From: Eledone cirrhosa
Taxonomy: Eukaryota
Assembly: GCA_964016885.1 (NCBI GenBank)
Contig: OZ024744.1
Coordinates: 14,942,001-15,006,000 of the forward strand
Direction: 5' to 3'
Length of the DNA stretch: 64,000 nt
The translations under genes were made by a program, and so were the position numbers. The notes below the pieces were generated by a model, which was not told the origin of the DNA, ran no database searches, and saw only the letters and a list, made by a program, of their open reading frames with translations. Position 1 is the stretch's first letter. Each line of letters starts with the position of its first letter. Positions 28,330 to 43,599 of the stretch are shown in pieces.

Positions 28330-31300
28330 AATATGTAATGTAGATTACTCCAGCAATATGTAATGTAGATTACTTCAGCAATATGTAATGTAGATTACTC
28401 CAGCAATATGTAATATAGATTATTCCAGCAATATGTAATGTAGATTACTCCAGCAATATGTAATGTAGATTACTCCAGCAATATGTAATGTAGATTACTC
28501 CAGCAATATGTAGTGTAGATTACTTCAGCAATATCTAATGTATATTACTCCAGCAATATGTAATGTAGATTACTTCAGCTATATGTAATGTATATTACTC
28601 CAGCAATATGTAATGTAGATTACTTCAGCAATATGTAATGTAGATTACTCCAGCAATATGTATTGTAGATTACTTCAGCAATATGTAATGTATATTACTA
28701 CAGCAATATGTAATGTATATTACTCCAGCAATATGTAATGTAGATTACTCCAGCAATATGTAATGTATATTACTCCAGCTATATGTAATGTAGATTACTG
28801 CAGCAATATGTAGTGTATATTACTTCAGCAATATCTAATTTAGATTACTCCAGCAATATGTAATGTAGATTACTCCAGCAATATGTAATGTAGATTACTC
28901 CAGCAATATGTAATGTAGATTACTCCAGCAATATGTAATGGATATTACTCCAGCAATATGTAATGTAGATTACTCCAGAAATATGTAATGTAGATTAGTC
29001 CAGCAATATGTAATGTAGATTACTCCAGCAATATGTAATGTAGATTACTCCAGCAATATGTAATGTAGATTACTCCAGCAATATGTAATGTAGATTATTC
29101 CAGCAATATGTAATGTATATTACTTCAGCAATATGTAATGTAGATTACTCCAGCAATATGTAATGTAGATTACTTCAGCAATAGATAATGTAGATTACTC
29201 CATCAATATGTAATGTAGATTACTCCAGCAATATGTAATGTATATTACTCCAGCAACATGTAATGTAGATTACTCCCGCAATATGTAATGTATATTACTC
29301 CAGCAATATGTAATTTAGATTACTCCAGCAATATGTAATGTATATTACTCCAGCAATATGTAATGTAGATTACTTCAGCAATATGTAATGTATATTACTC
29401 CAGCAATATACAATGTAGATTACTCCAGCAATATGTAATGTAGATTACTCCAGCAATATGTAATGTATATTACTCCAGCAATATGTAATGTATATTACTT
29501 CAGCAATTTGTAATGTAGATTAGTCCAGCAATATGTAATGTATATTACTCCAGCAATATGTAATGTAGATTACTCCAGCAATATGTAGTGCATATTACTC
29601 CAGCAATATGTAATGTAGATTACTCCAGCAATATGTAATGTAGATTACTTCAGCAATATGTAACGTAGATTACTCCAGCAATATGTAATGTAGATCACTC
29701 CAGCAATATGTAATGTATATTACTCCAGCAATATGTAATATATATTACTCCAGCAATATGTAATGTAGATTACTCGAGCAATATGTAATGTATATTACTC
29801 CAGCAATATGTAATGTAGATTACTCCAGCAATATTTAATGTAGATTAATTCAGCAATATGTAATGTAGATTACTCCAGCAATATGTAATGTAGATTACTC
29901 CAGCAATATGTAATGTATATTACTTCAGCAATATGTAATGTATATTACTTTAGCTATATGTAATGTATATTACTCCAGCAATATGTAATGTAGATTACTC
30001 CAGCAATATGTAATGTAGATTACTCCAGCAATATGTAATGTATATTACTTCAGCAATATGTAATGTAGATTACACCAGCAATATGTAATGTATATTACTC
30101 CAGCAATATGTAATGTAGATTACTCCAGCAACATTTAGTGCATATTACTCCAGCAATATGTAATGTAGATTACTTCAGCAATAGATAATGTAGATTACTC
30201 CAGCAATATGTAATGTAGATTACTCCAGCAATATGTAATGTATATTACTCCAGCAATATGTAATGTAGATTACTCCAGCAATATTTAGTGCATATTACTC
30301 CAGCAATATGTAATGTATATTACTCCAGCAATATGTAATTTAGATTACTCCAGCAATATGTAATGTATATTACTCCAGCAATATGTAATGTATATTACTC
30401 CAGCAATATGTAATGTAGATTACTCCAGCAATATCTAATGTATATTACTTCAGCAATATGTAATGTAGATTACTCCAGCAATATGTAATGTAGATTACTC
30501 CAGCAATATGTAATGTAGATTACTCCAGCAATATGTAATGTAGATTACTCCAGCAATATGTAATGTATATTACTTCAGCAATATGTAATGTAGATTACTC
30601 CAGCAATATGTAATGTAGATTACTTCAGCAATAGATAATGTAGATTACTCCAGCAATATGTAATGTAGATTACTCCAGCAATATGTAATGTAGATTACTC
30701 CAGCAATATGTAATGTATATTACTTCAGCAATATGTAGTGCATATTACTCCAGCAATATGTAATGTATATTACTCCAGCAATATGTAATTTAGATTACTC
30801 CAGCAATATGTAATGTATATTACTCCAGCAATATGTAATGTAGATTACTCCAGCAATATGTAGTGCATATTACTCCAGCAATATGTAATGTAGATTACTC
30901 GAGCAATATGTAATGTATATTACTCCAGCAATATGTAATGTAGATTACTCCAGCAATATGTAATGTAGATTACTTCAGCAATATGTAATGTAGATTACTC
31001 CAGCAATATGTAATATAGATTATTCCAGCAATATGTAATGTAGATTACTCCAGCAATATGTAATGTAGATTACTCGAGCAATATGTAATGTAGATTACTC
31101 CAGCAATATGTAGTGTAGATTACTTCAGCAATATCTAATGTAGATTACTCCAGCAATATATAATGTAGATTACTTCAGCAATATGTAATGTATATTACTC
31201 CAGCAATATGTAATGTAGATTACTTCAGCAATATGTAATGTATATTACTCCAGCAATATGTATTGTAGATTACTTCAGCAATATGTAATGTATATTACTC

Positions 31301-34300
31301 CAGCAATATGTAATGTATATTACTCCAGCAATATGTAATGTAGATTACTCCAGCAATATGTAATGTATATTACTCCACCTATATGTAATGTAGATTACTG
31401 CAGCAATATGTAGTGTAGATTACTTCAGCAATATCTAATTTAGATTACTCCAGCAATATATAATGTAGATTACTCCAGCAATATGTAATGTAGATTACTC
31501 CAGCAATATGTAATGTAGATTACTCGAGCAATATGTAATGCATATTACTCCAGCAATATGTAATGTAGATTACTCCAGAAATATGTAATGTAGATTAGTC
31601 CAGCAATATGTAATGTAGATTACTCCAGCAATATGTAATGTAGATTACTCCAGCAATATGTAATGTAGATTACTCCAGCAATATGTAATGTAGATTACTC
31701 CAGCAATATGTAATGTATATTACTTCAGCAATATGTAATGTAGATTACTCCAGCAATATGTAATGTAGATTACTTCAGCAATATGTAATGTAGATTACTC
31801 CAGCAATATGTAATATAGATTATTCCAGCAATATGTAATGTAGATTACTCCAGCAATATGTAATGTAGATTACTCCAGCAATATGTAATGTAGATTACTC
31901 CAGCAATATGTAGTGTAGATTACTTCAGCAATATCTAATGTATATTACTCCAGCAATATGTAATGTAGATTACTTCAGCTATATGTAATGTATATTACTC
32001 CAGCAATATGTAATGTAGATTACTTCAGCAATATGTAATGTAGATTACTCCAGCAATATGTATTGTAGATTACTTCAGCAATATGTAATGTATATTACTA
32101 CAGCAATATGTAATGTATATTACTCCAGCAATATGTAATGTAGATTACTCCAGCAATATGTAATGTATATTACTCCAGCTATATGTAATGTAGATTACTG
32201 CAGCAATATGTAGTGTAGATTACTTCAGCAATATCTAATTTAGATTACTCCAGCAATATGTAATGTAGATTACTCCAGCAATATGTAATGTAGATTACTC
32301 CAGCAATATGTAATGTAGATTACTCCAGCAATATGTAATGGATATTACTCCAGCAATATGTAATGTAGATTACTCCAGAAATATGTAATGTAGATTAGTC
32401 CAGCAATATGTAATGTAGATTACTCCAGCAATATGTAATGTAGATTACTCCAGCAATATGTAATGTAGATTACTCCAGCAATATGTAATGTAGATTATTC
32501 CAGCAATATGTAATGTATATTACTTCAGCAATATGTAATGTAGATTACTCCAGCAATATGTAATGTAGATTACTTCAGCAATAGATAATGTAGATTACTC
32601 CATCAATATGTAATGTAGATTACTCCAGCAATATGTAATGTATATTACTCCAGCAACATGTAATGTAGATTACTCCCGCAATATGTAATGTATATTACTC
32701 CAGCAATATGTAATTTAGATTACTCCAGCAATATGTAATGTATATTACTCCAGCAATATGTAATGTAGATTACTTCAGCAATATGTAATGTATATTACTC
32801 CAGCAATATACAATGTAGATTACTCCAGCAATATGTAATGTAGATTACTCCAGCAATATGTAATGTATATTACTCCAGCAATATGTAATGTATATTACTT
32901 CAGCAATTTGTAATGTAGATTAGTCCAGCAATATGTAATGTATATTACTCCAGCAATATGTAATGTAGATTACTCCAGCAATATGTAGTGCATATTACTC
33001 CAGCAATATGTAATGTAGATTACTCCAGCAATATGTAATGTAGATTACTTCAGCAATATGTAACGTAGATTACTCCAGCAATATGTAATGTAGATCACTC
33101 CAGCAATATGTAATGTATATTACTCCAGCAATATGTAATATATATTACTCCAGCAATATGTAATGTAGATTACTCGAGCAATATGTAATGTATATTACTC
33201 CAGCAATATGTAATGTAGATTACTCCAGCAATATTTAATGTAGATTAATTCAGCAATATGTAATGTAGATTACTCCAGCAATATGTAATGTAGATTACTC
33301 CAGCAATATGTAATGTATATTACTTCAGCAATATGTAATGTATATTACTTTAGCTATATGTAATGTATATTACTCCAGCAATATGTAATGTAGATTACTC
33401 CAGCAATATGTAATGTAGATTACTCCAGCAATATGTAATGTATATTACTTCAGCAATATGTAATGTAGATTACACCAGCAATATGTAATGTATATTACTC
33501 CAGCAATATGTAATGTAGATTACTCCAGCAACATTTAGTGCATATTACTCCAGCAATATGTAATGTAGATTACTTCAGCAATAGATAATGTAGATTACTC
33601 CAGCAATATGTAATGTAGATTACTCCAGCAATATGTAATGTATATTACTCCAGCAATATGTAATGTAGATTACTCCAGCAATATTTAGTGCATATTACTC
33701 CAGCAATATGTAATGTATATTACTCCAGCAATATGTAATTTAGATTACTCCAGCAATATGTAATGTATATTACTCCAGCAATATGTAATGTATATTACTC
33801 CAGCAATATGTAATGTAGATTACTCCAGCAATATCTAATGTATATTACTTCAGCAATATGTAATGTAGATTACTCCAGCAATATGTAATGTAGATTACTC
33901 CAGCAATATGTAATGTAGATTACTCCAGCAATATGTAATGTAGATTACTCCAGCAATATGTAATGTATATTACTTCAGCAATATGTAATGTAGATTACTC
34001 CAGCAATATGTAATGTAGATTACTTCAGCAATAGATAATGTAGATTACTCCAGCAATATGTAATGTAGATTACTCCAGCAATATGTAATGTAGATTACTC
34101 CAGCAATATGTAATGTATATTACTTCAGCAATATGTAGTGCATATTACTCCAGCAATATGTAATGTATATTACTCCAGCAATATGTAATTTAGATTACTC
34201 CAGCAATATGTAATGTATATTACTCCAGCAATATGTAATGTAGATTACTCCAGCAATATGTAGTGCATATTACTCCAGCAATATGTAATGTAGATTACTC

Positions 34301-35180
34301 GAGCAATATGTAATGTATATTACTCCAGCAATATGTAATGTAGATTACTCCAGCAATATGTAATGTAGATTACTTCAGCAATATGTAATGTAGATTACTC
34401 CAGCAATATGTAATATAGATTATTCCAGCAATATGTAATGTAGATTACTCCAGCAATATGTAATGTAGATTACTCGAGCAATATGTAATGTAGATTACTC
34501 CAGCAATATGTAGTGTAGATTACTTCAGCAATATCTAATGTAGATTACTCCAGCAATATATAATGTAGATTATTTCAGCAATATGTAATGTATATTACTC
34601 CAGCAATATGTAATGTAGATTACTTCAGCAATATGTAATGTATATTACTCCAGCAATATGTATTGTAGATTACTTCAGCAATATGTAATGTATATTACTC
34701 CAGCAATATGTAATGTATATTACTCCAGCAATATGTAATGTAGATTACTCCAGCAATATGTAATGTATATTACTCCACCTATATGTAATGTAGATTACTG
34801 CAGCAATATGTAGTGTAGATTACTTCAGCAATATCTAATTTAGATTACTCCAGCAATATATAATGTAGATTACTCCAGCAATATGTAATGTAGATTACTC
34901 CAGCAATATGTAATGTAGATTACTCGAGCAATATGTAATGCATATTACTCCAGCAATATGTAATGTAGATTACTCCAGAAATATGTAATGTAGATTAGTC
35001 CAGCAATATGTAATGTAGATTACTCCAGCAATATGTAATGTAGATTACTCCAGCAATATGTAATGTAGATTACTCCAGCAATATGTAATGTAGATTACTC
35101 CAGCAATATGTAATGTATATTACTTCAGCAATATGTAATGTAGATTACTCCAGCAATATGTAATGTAGATTACTTCAGCA
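28330..35180. repeat. Near-identical tandem duplication of 3400 bp (136 monomers)
   Basis: Rare variants paired at exactly 3400: TACTTCAGCT (28571/31971), GATATTACTC after ATG (28941/32341), CATCAATATG (29201/32601), CAGCAATATACAATG (29401/32801), ACATTTAGTG (30131/33531) and CCACCT (31375/34775). Confidence 0.92.
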
Positions 35181-37320
35181 ATAGATAATGTAGATTACTC
35201 CAGCAATATGTAATGTAGATTACTCCAGCAATATGTAATGTATATTACTCCAGCAACATGTAATGTAGATTACTCCCGCAATATCTAATGTATATTACTC
35301 CAGCAATATGTAATTTAGATTACTCCAGCAATATGTAATGTATATTACTCCAGCAATATGTAATGTAGATTACTTCAGCAATATGTAATGTATATTACTC
35401 CAGCAATATGTAATGTAGATTACTCCAGCAATATGTAATGTATATTACTCCAGCAATATGTAATGTATATTACTTCAGCAATTTGTAATGTAGATTACTC
35501 CAGCACTATGTAATATATATTACTCCAGCAATATGTAATGTAGATTACTCCAGCAATATGTAGTGCATATTACTCCAGCAATATGTAATGTAGATTACTC
35601 CAGCAATATGTAATGTAGATTACTTCAGCAATATGTAATGTAGATTACTCCAGCAATATGTAATGTAGATCACTCCAGCAATATGTAATGTATATTACTC
35701 CAGCAATATGTAATATATATTACTCCAGCAATATGTAATGTAGATTACTCGAGCAATATGTAATGTATATTACTCCAGCAATATGTAATGTAGATTACTC
35801 CAGCAATATGTAATGTAGATTAATTCAGCAAAATGTAATGTAGATTACTCCAGCAATATGTAATGTAGATTACTCCAGCAATATGTAATGTATATTACTT
35901 CAGCAATATGTAATGTATATTACTCCAGCAATATGTAATGTATATTACTCCAGCAATATGTAATGTATATTACTCCAGCATTATGTAATGTAGATTACTT
36001 CAGCAATATGTAATGTATATTACTCCAGCAATATGTAATGTAGATTACTCCAGCAATATGTAATGTATATTACTCCACCTATATGTAATGTAGATTACTG
36101 CAGCAATATGTAGTGTAGATTACTTCAGCAATATCTAATTTAGATTACTCCAGCAATATATAATGTAGATTACTCCAGCAATATGTAATGTAGATTACTC
36201 CAGCAATATGTAATGTAGATTACTCCAGCAATATGTAATGCATATTACTCCAGCAATATGTAATGTAGATTACTCCAGAAATATGTAATGTAGATTAGTC
36301 CAGCAATATGTAATGTAGATTACTCCAGCAATATGTAATGTAGATTACTCCAGCAATATGTAATGTAGATTACTCCAGCAATATGTAATGTAGATTACTC
36401 CAGCAATATGTAATGTATATTACTTCAGCAATATGTAATGTAGATTACTCCAGCAATATGTAATGTAGATTACTTCAGCAATAGATAATGTAGATTACTC
36501 CAGCAATATGTAATGTAGATTACTCCAGCAATATGTAATGTACATTACTCCAGCAACATGTAATGTAGATTACTCCCGCAATATCTAATGTATATTACTC
36601 CAGCAATATGTAATTTAGATTACTCCAGCAATATGTAATGTATATTACTCCAGCAATATGTAATGTAGATTACTTCAGCAATATGTAATGTATATTACTC
36701 CAGCAATATGTAATGTAGATTACTCCAGCAATATGTAATGTATATTACTCCAGCAATATGTAATGTATATTACTTCAGCAATTTGTAATGTAGATTACTC
36801 CAGCACTATGTAATATATATTACTCCAGCAATATGTAATGTAGATTACTCCAGCAATATGTAGTGCATATTACTCCAGCAATATGTAATGTAGATTACTC
36901 CAGCAATATGTAATGTAGATTACTTCAGCAATATGTAATGTAGATTACTCCAGCAATATGTAATGTAGATCACTCCAGCAATATGTAATGTATATTACTC
37001 CAGCAATATGTAATATATATTACTCCAGCAATATGTAATGTAGATTACTCGAGCAATATGTAATGTATATTACTCCAGCAATATGTAATGTAGATTACTC
37101 CAGCAATATGTAATGTAGATTAATTCAGCAAAATGTAATGTAGATTACTCCAGCAATATGTAATGTAGATTACTCCAGCAATATGTAATGTATATTACTT
37201 CAGCAATATGTAATGTATATTACTCCAGCAATATGTAATGTATATTACTCCAGCAATATGTAATGTATATTACTCCAGCATTATGTAATGTAGATTACTT
37301 CAGCAATATGTAATGTATAT
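34700..37320. repeat. Tandem duplication of 1300 bp (52 monomers), a shortened domain-B unit
   Basis: CCACCT at 34775/36075 and the rare variant CAGCACTATG at 35501/36801, both 1300 apart, with the same order of intervening variants. Confidence 0.85.
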
Positions 37321-40300
37321 TACTTCAGCAATATGTAATGTAGATTACTCCAGCAATATGTAATGTATATTACTCCAGCAATATGTAATGTAGATTACTC
37401 CAGCAATATGTAGTGCATATTACTCCAGCAATATGTAATGTAGATTACTCGAGCAATATGTAATGTATATTACTCCAGCAATATGTAATGTAGATTACTC
37501 CAGCAATATGTAATGTAGATTACTTCAGCAATATGTAATGTAGATTACTCCAGCAATATGTAATATAGATTATTCCAGCAATATGTAATGTAGATTACTC
37601 CAGCAATATGTAATGTATATTACTCCAGCAATATGTAATGTAGATTACTCCAGCAATATCTAATGTATATTACTTCAGCAATATGTAATGTAGATTACTC
37701 CAGCAATATGTAATGTAGATTACTCCAGCAATATGTAATGTAGATTACTCCAGCAATATGTAATGTAGATTACTCCAGCAATATGTAATGTATATTACTT
37801 CAGCAATATGTAATGTAGATTACTCCAGCAATATGTAATGTAGATTACTTCAGCAATAGATAATGTAGATTACTCCAGCAATATGTAATGTAGATTACTC
37901 CAGCAATATGTAATGTAGATTACTCCAGCAATATGTAATGTATATTACTTCAGCAATATGTAGTGCATATTACTCCAGCAATATGTAATGTATATTACTC
38001 CAGCAATATGTAATTTAGATTACTCCAGCAATATGTAATGTATATTACTCCAGCAATATGTAGTGTAGATTACTTCAGCAATATGTAATGTATATTACTC
38101 CAGCAATATATGATGGAGATTACTCCAGCAATATGTAATGTAGATTACTCCAGCAATATGTAATGTATATTACTCCAGCAATATGTAATGTAGATTACTT
38201 CAGCAATATGTAATGTAGATTACTCCAGCAATATGTAATGTATATTACTTCAGCAATATGTAATGTAGATTACTCCAGCAATATGTAATGTATATTACTC
38301 CAGCAATATGTAATGTAGATTACTCCAGCAATATGTAGTGCATATTACTCCAGCAATATGTAATGTAGATTACTCGAGCAATATGTAATGTATATTACTC
38401 CAGCAATATGTAATGTAGATTACTCCAGCAATATGTAATGTAGATTACTTCAGCAATATGTAATGTAGATTACTCCAGCAATATGTAATATAGATTATTC
38501 CAGCAATATGTAATGTAGATTACTCCAGCAATATGTAATGTAGATTACTCCAGCAATATGTAATGTAGATTACTCCAGCAATATGTAGTGTAGATTACTT
38601 CAGCAATATCTAATGTAGATTACTCCAGCAATATATAATGTAGATTACTTCAGCAATATGTAATGTATATTACTCCAGCAATATGTAATGTAGATTACTT
38701 CAGCAATATGTAATGTATATTACTCCAGCAATATGTATTGTAGATTACTTCAGCAATATGTAATGTATATTACTCCAGCAATATGTAATGTATATTACTC
38801 CAGCAATATGTAATGTAGATTACTCCAGCAATATGTAATGTATATTACTCCACCTATATGTAATGTAGATTACTGCAGCAATATGTAGTGTAGATTACTT
38901 CAGCAATATCTAATTTAGATTACTCCAGCAATATATAATGTAGATTACTCCAGCAATATGTAATGTAGATTACTCCAGCAATATGTAATGTAGATTACTC
39001 CAGCAATATGTAATGCATATTACTCCAGCAATATGTAATGTAGATTACTCCAGAAATATGTAATGTAGATTAGTCCAGCAATATGTAATGTAGATTACTC
39101 CAGCAATATGTAATGTAGATTACTCCAGCAATATGTAATGTAGATTACTCCAGCAATATGTAATGTAGATTACTCCAGCAATATGTAATGTATATTACTT
39201 CAGCAATATGTAATGTAGATTACTCCAGCAATATGTAATGTAGATTACTTCAGCAATAGATAATGTAGATTACTCCAGCAATATGTAATGTAGATTACTC
39301 CAGCAATATGTAATGTATATTACTCCAGCAACATGTAATGTAGATTACTCCCGCAATATCTAATGTATATTACTCCAGCAATATGTAATTTAGATTACTC
39401 CAGCAATATGTAATGTATATTACTCCAGCAATATGTAATGTAGATTACTTCAGCAATATGTAATGTATATTACTCCAGCAATATATAATGTAGATTACTC
39501 CAGCAATATGTAATGTAGATTACTCCAGCAATATGTAATGTATATTACTCCAGCAATATGTAATGTATATTACTTCAGCAATTTGTAATGTAGATTACTC
39601 CAGCAATATGTAATATATATTACTCCAGCAATATGTAATGTAGATTACTCCAGCAATATGTAGTGCATATTACTCCAGCAATATGTAATGTAGATTACTC
39701 CAGCAATATGTAATGTAGATTACTTCAGCAATATGTAATGTAGATTACTCCAGCAATATGTAATGTAGATCACTCCAGCAATATGTAATGTATATTACTC
39801 CAGCAATATGTAATATATATTACTCCAGCAATATGTAATGTAGATTACTCGAGCAATATGTAATGTATATTACTCCAGCAATATGTAATGTAGATTACTC
39901 CAGCAATATGTAATGTAGATTAATTCAGCAAAATGTAATGTAGATTACTCCAGCAATATGTAATGTAGATTACTCCAGCAATATGTAATGTATATTACTT
40001 CAGCAATATGTAATGTATATTACTCCAGCAATATGTAATGTATATTACTCCAGCAATATGTAATGTATATTACTCCAGCATTATGTAATGTAGATTACTT
40101 CAGCAATATGTAATGTATATTACTTCAGCAATATGTAATGTAGATTACTCCAGCAATATGTAATGTATATTACTCCAGCAATATGTAATGTAGATTACTC
40201 CAGCAATATGTAGTGCATATTACTCCAGCAATATGTAATGTAGATTACTCGAGCAATATGTAATGTATATTACTCCAGCAATATGTAATGTAGATTACTC

Positions 40301-41729
40301 CAGCAATATGTAATGTAGATTACTTCAGCAATATGTAATGTAGATTACTCCAGCAATATGTAATATAGATTATTCCAGCAATATGTAATGTAGATTACTC
40401 CAGCAATATGTAATGTAGATTACTCCAGCAATATGTAATGTAGATTACTCCAGCAATATGTAGTGTAGATTACTTCAGCAATATCTAATGTAGATTACTC
40501 CAGCAATATATAATGTAGATTACTTCAGCAATATGTAATGTATATTACTCCAGCAATATGTAATGTAGATTACTTCAGCAATATGTAATGTATATTACTC
40601 CAGCAATATGTATTGTAGATTACTTCAGCAATATGTAATGTATATTACTCCAGCAATATGTAATGTATATTACTCCAGCAATATGTAATGTAGATTACTC
40701 CAGCAATATGTAATGTATATTACTCCACCTATATGTAATGTAGATTACTGCAGCAATATGTAGTGTAGATTACTTCAGCAATATCTAATTTAGATTACTC
40801 CAGCAATATATAATGTAGATTACTCCAGCAATATGTAATGTAGATTACTCCAGCAATATGTAATGTAGATTACTCCAGCAATATGTAATGCATATTACTC
40901 CAGCAATATGTAATGTAGATTACTCCAGAAATATGTAATGTAGATTAGTCCAGCAATATGTAATGTAGATTACTCCAGCAATATGTAATGTAGATTACTC
41001 CAGCAATATGTAATGTAGATTACTCCAGCAATATGTAATGTAGATTACTCCAGCAATATGTAATGTATATTACTTCAGCAATATGTAATGTAGATTACTC
41101 CAGCAATATGTAATGTAGATTACTTCAGCAATAGATAATGTAGATTCCTCCAGCAATATGTAATGTAGATTACTCCAGCAATATGTAATGTATATTACTC
41201 CAGCAACATGTAATGTAGATTACTCCCGCAATATCTAATGTATATTACTCCAGCAATATGTAATTTAGATTACTCCAGCAATATGTAATGTAGATTACTT
41301 CAGCAATATGTAATGTATATTACTCCAGCAATATATAATGTAGATTACTCCAGCAATATGTAATGTAGATTACTCCAGCAATATGTAATGTATATTACTC
41401 CAGCAATATGTAATGTATATTACTTCAGCAATTTGTAATGTAGATTACTCCAGCAATATGTAATATATATTACTCCAGCAATATGTAATGTAGATTACTC
41501 CAGCAATATGTAGTGCATATTACTCCAGCAATATGTAATGTAGATTACTCCAGCAATATGTAATGTAGATTACTTCAGCAATATGTAATGTAGATTACTC
41601 CAGCAATATGTAATGTAGATCACTCCAGCAATATGTAATGTATATTACTCCAGCAATATGTAATATATATTACTCCAGCAATATGTAATGTAGATTACTC
41701 GAGCAATATGTAATGTATATTACTCCAGC

Positions 41730-42940
41730 AATATGTAATGTAGATTACTCCAGCAATATGTAATGTAGATTAATTCAGCAAAATGTAATGTAGATTACTC
41801 CAGCAATATGTAATGTAGATTACTCCAGCAATATGTAATGTATATTACTTCAGCAATATGTAATGTATATTACTCCAGCAATATGTAATGTATATTACTC
41901 CAGCAATATGTAATGTATATTACTCCAGCATTATGTAATGTAGATTACTCCAGCAATATGTAATGTAGATTACTCCAGCAATATGTAATGTAGATTACTC
42001 CAGCAATATGTAATGTAGATTACTTCAGCAATATGTAATGTATATTACTCCAGCAACATGTAATGTAGATTACTCCAGCAATATGTAATGTAGATTACTC
42101 CAGCAATATGTAATGTATATTACTTCAGCAATATGTAATGTAGATTACTCCAGCAATATGTAATGTAGATTACTTCAGCAATATGTAATGTAGATTACTC
42201 CAGCAATATGTAATGTATATTACTCCAGCAATATGTAATGTAGATTACTCCAGCAATATGTAGTGCATATTACTCCAGCAATATGTAATGTATATTACTC
42301 CAGCAATATGTAATTTAGATTACTCCAGCAATATGTAATGTAGATTACTCCAGCAATATGTAATGTAGATTAATTCAGCAAAATGTAATGTAGATTACTC
42401 CAGCAATATGTAATGTAGATTACTCCAGCAATATGTAATGTATATTACTTCAGCAATATGTAATGTATATTACTCCAGCAATATGTAATGTATATTACTC
42501 CAGCAATATGTAATGTATATTACTCCAGCATTATGTAATGTAGATTACTCCAGCAATATGTAATGTAGATTACTCCAGCAATATGTAATGTAGATTACTC
42601 CAGCAATATGTAATGTAGATTACTTCAGCAATATGTAATGTATATTACTCCAGCAACATGTAATGTAGATTACTCCAGCAATATGTAATGTAGATTACTC
42701 CAGCAATATGTAATGTATATTACTTCAGCAATATGTAATGTAGATTACTCCAGCAATATGTAATGTAGATTACTTCAGCAATATGTAATGTAGATTACTC
42801 CAGCAATATGTAATGTATATTACTCCAGCAATATGTAATGTAGATTACTCCAGCAATATGTAGTGCATATTACTCCAGCAATATGTAATGTATATTACTC
42901 CAGCAATATGTAATTTAGATTACTCCAGCAATATGTAATG
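41730..42940. repeat. Tandem duplication of 600 bp (24 monomers)
   Basis: TAATTCAGCAAAATG at 41771/42371 and CAGCAACATG at 42051/42651; the lines starting at 41761 and 42361 read the same onward. Confidence 0.85.
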
Positions 42941-43599
42941 TATATTACTCCAGCAATATGTAATGTAGATTACTTCAGCAATATATAATGTATATTACTC
43001 CAGCAATATGTAATGTATATTACTCCAGCAATATGTAATGTATATTACTCCAGCAATATGTAATGTATATTACTCCAGCAATATGTAATGTATATTACTC
43101 CAGTAATATGTAATGTAGATTACTCCAGCAATATGTAATGTAGATTACTCCAGCAATATGTAATGTAGATTACTCCAGCAATATGTAATGTATATTACTC
43201 CAGCAATATGTAATGTGTATTACTCCAGCAATATGTAATGTATATTACTCCAGCAATATGTAATGTAGATTACTTCAGCAATATGTAATGTAGATTACTC
43301 AAGCAATATGTAATGTAGATTACTTAGGCAATATGTAATGTATATTACTTCAGCAATATGTAATGTAGATTACTCTAGCAACATGTAATGTAGATTACTT
43401 CAGCAATATGTAATGTATATTACTTCAGCAATATCTAATGTAGATTACTCCAGCAATATGTAATGTAGATTACTTCAGCAATATGTAATGTATATTACTC
43501 CAGCAATATGTAATGTAGATTACTTCAGCAATATGTAATGTATATTACTCCAGCAATATGTATTGTAGATTACTTCAGCAATATGTAATGTATATTACT

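Noticed and set aside
43324-43329. TTAGGC, the nematode telomere hexamer (also near 51899, 56549 and 60299)
   Set aside because: Single isolated hexamers made by substitutions in register with the monomer, then copied by duplication.
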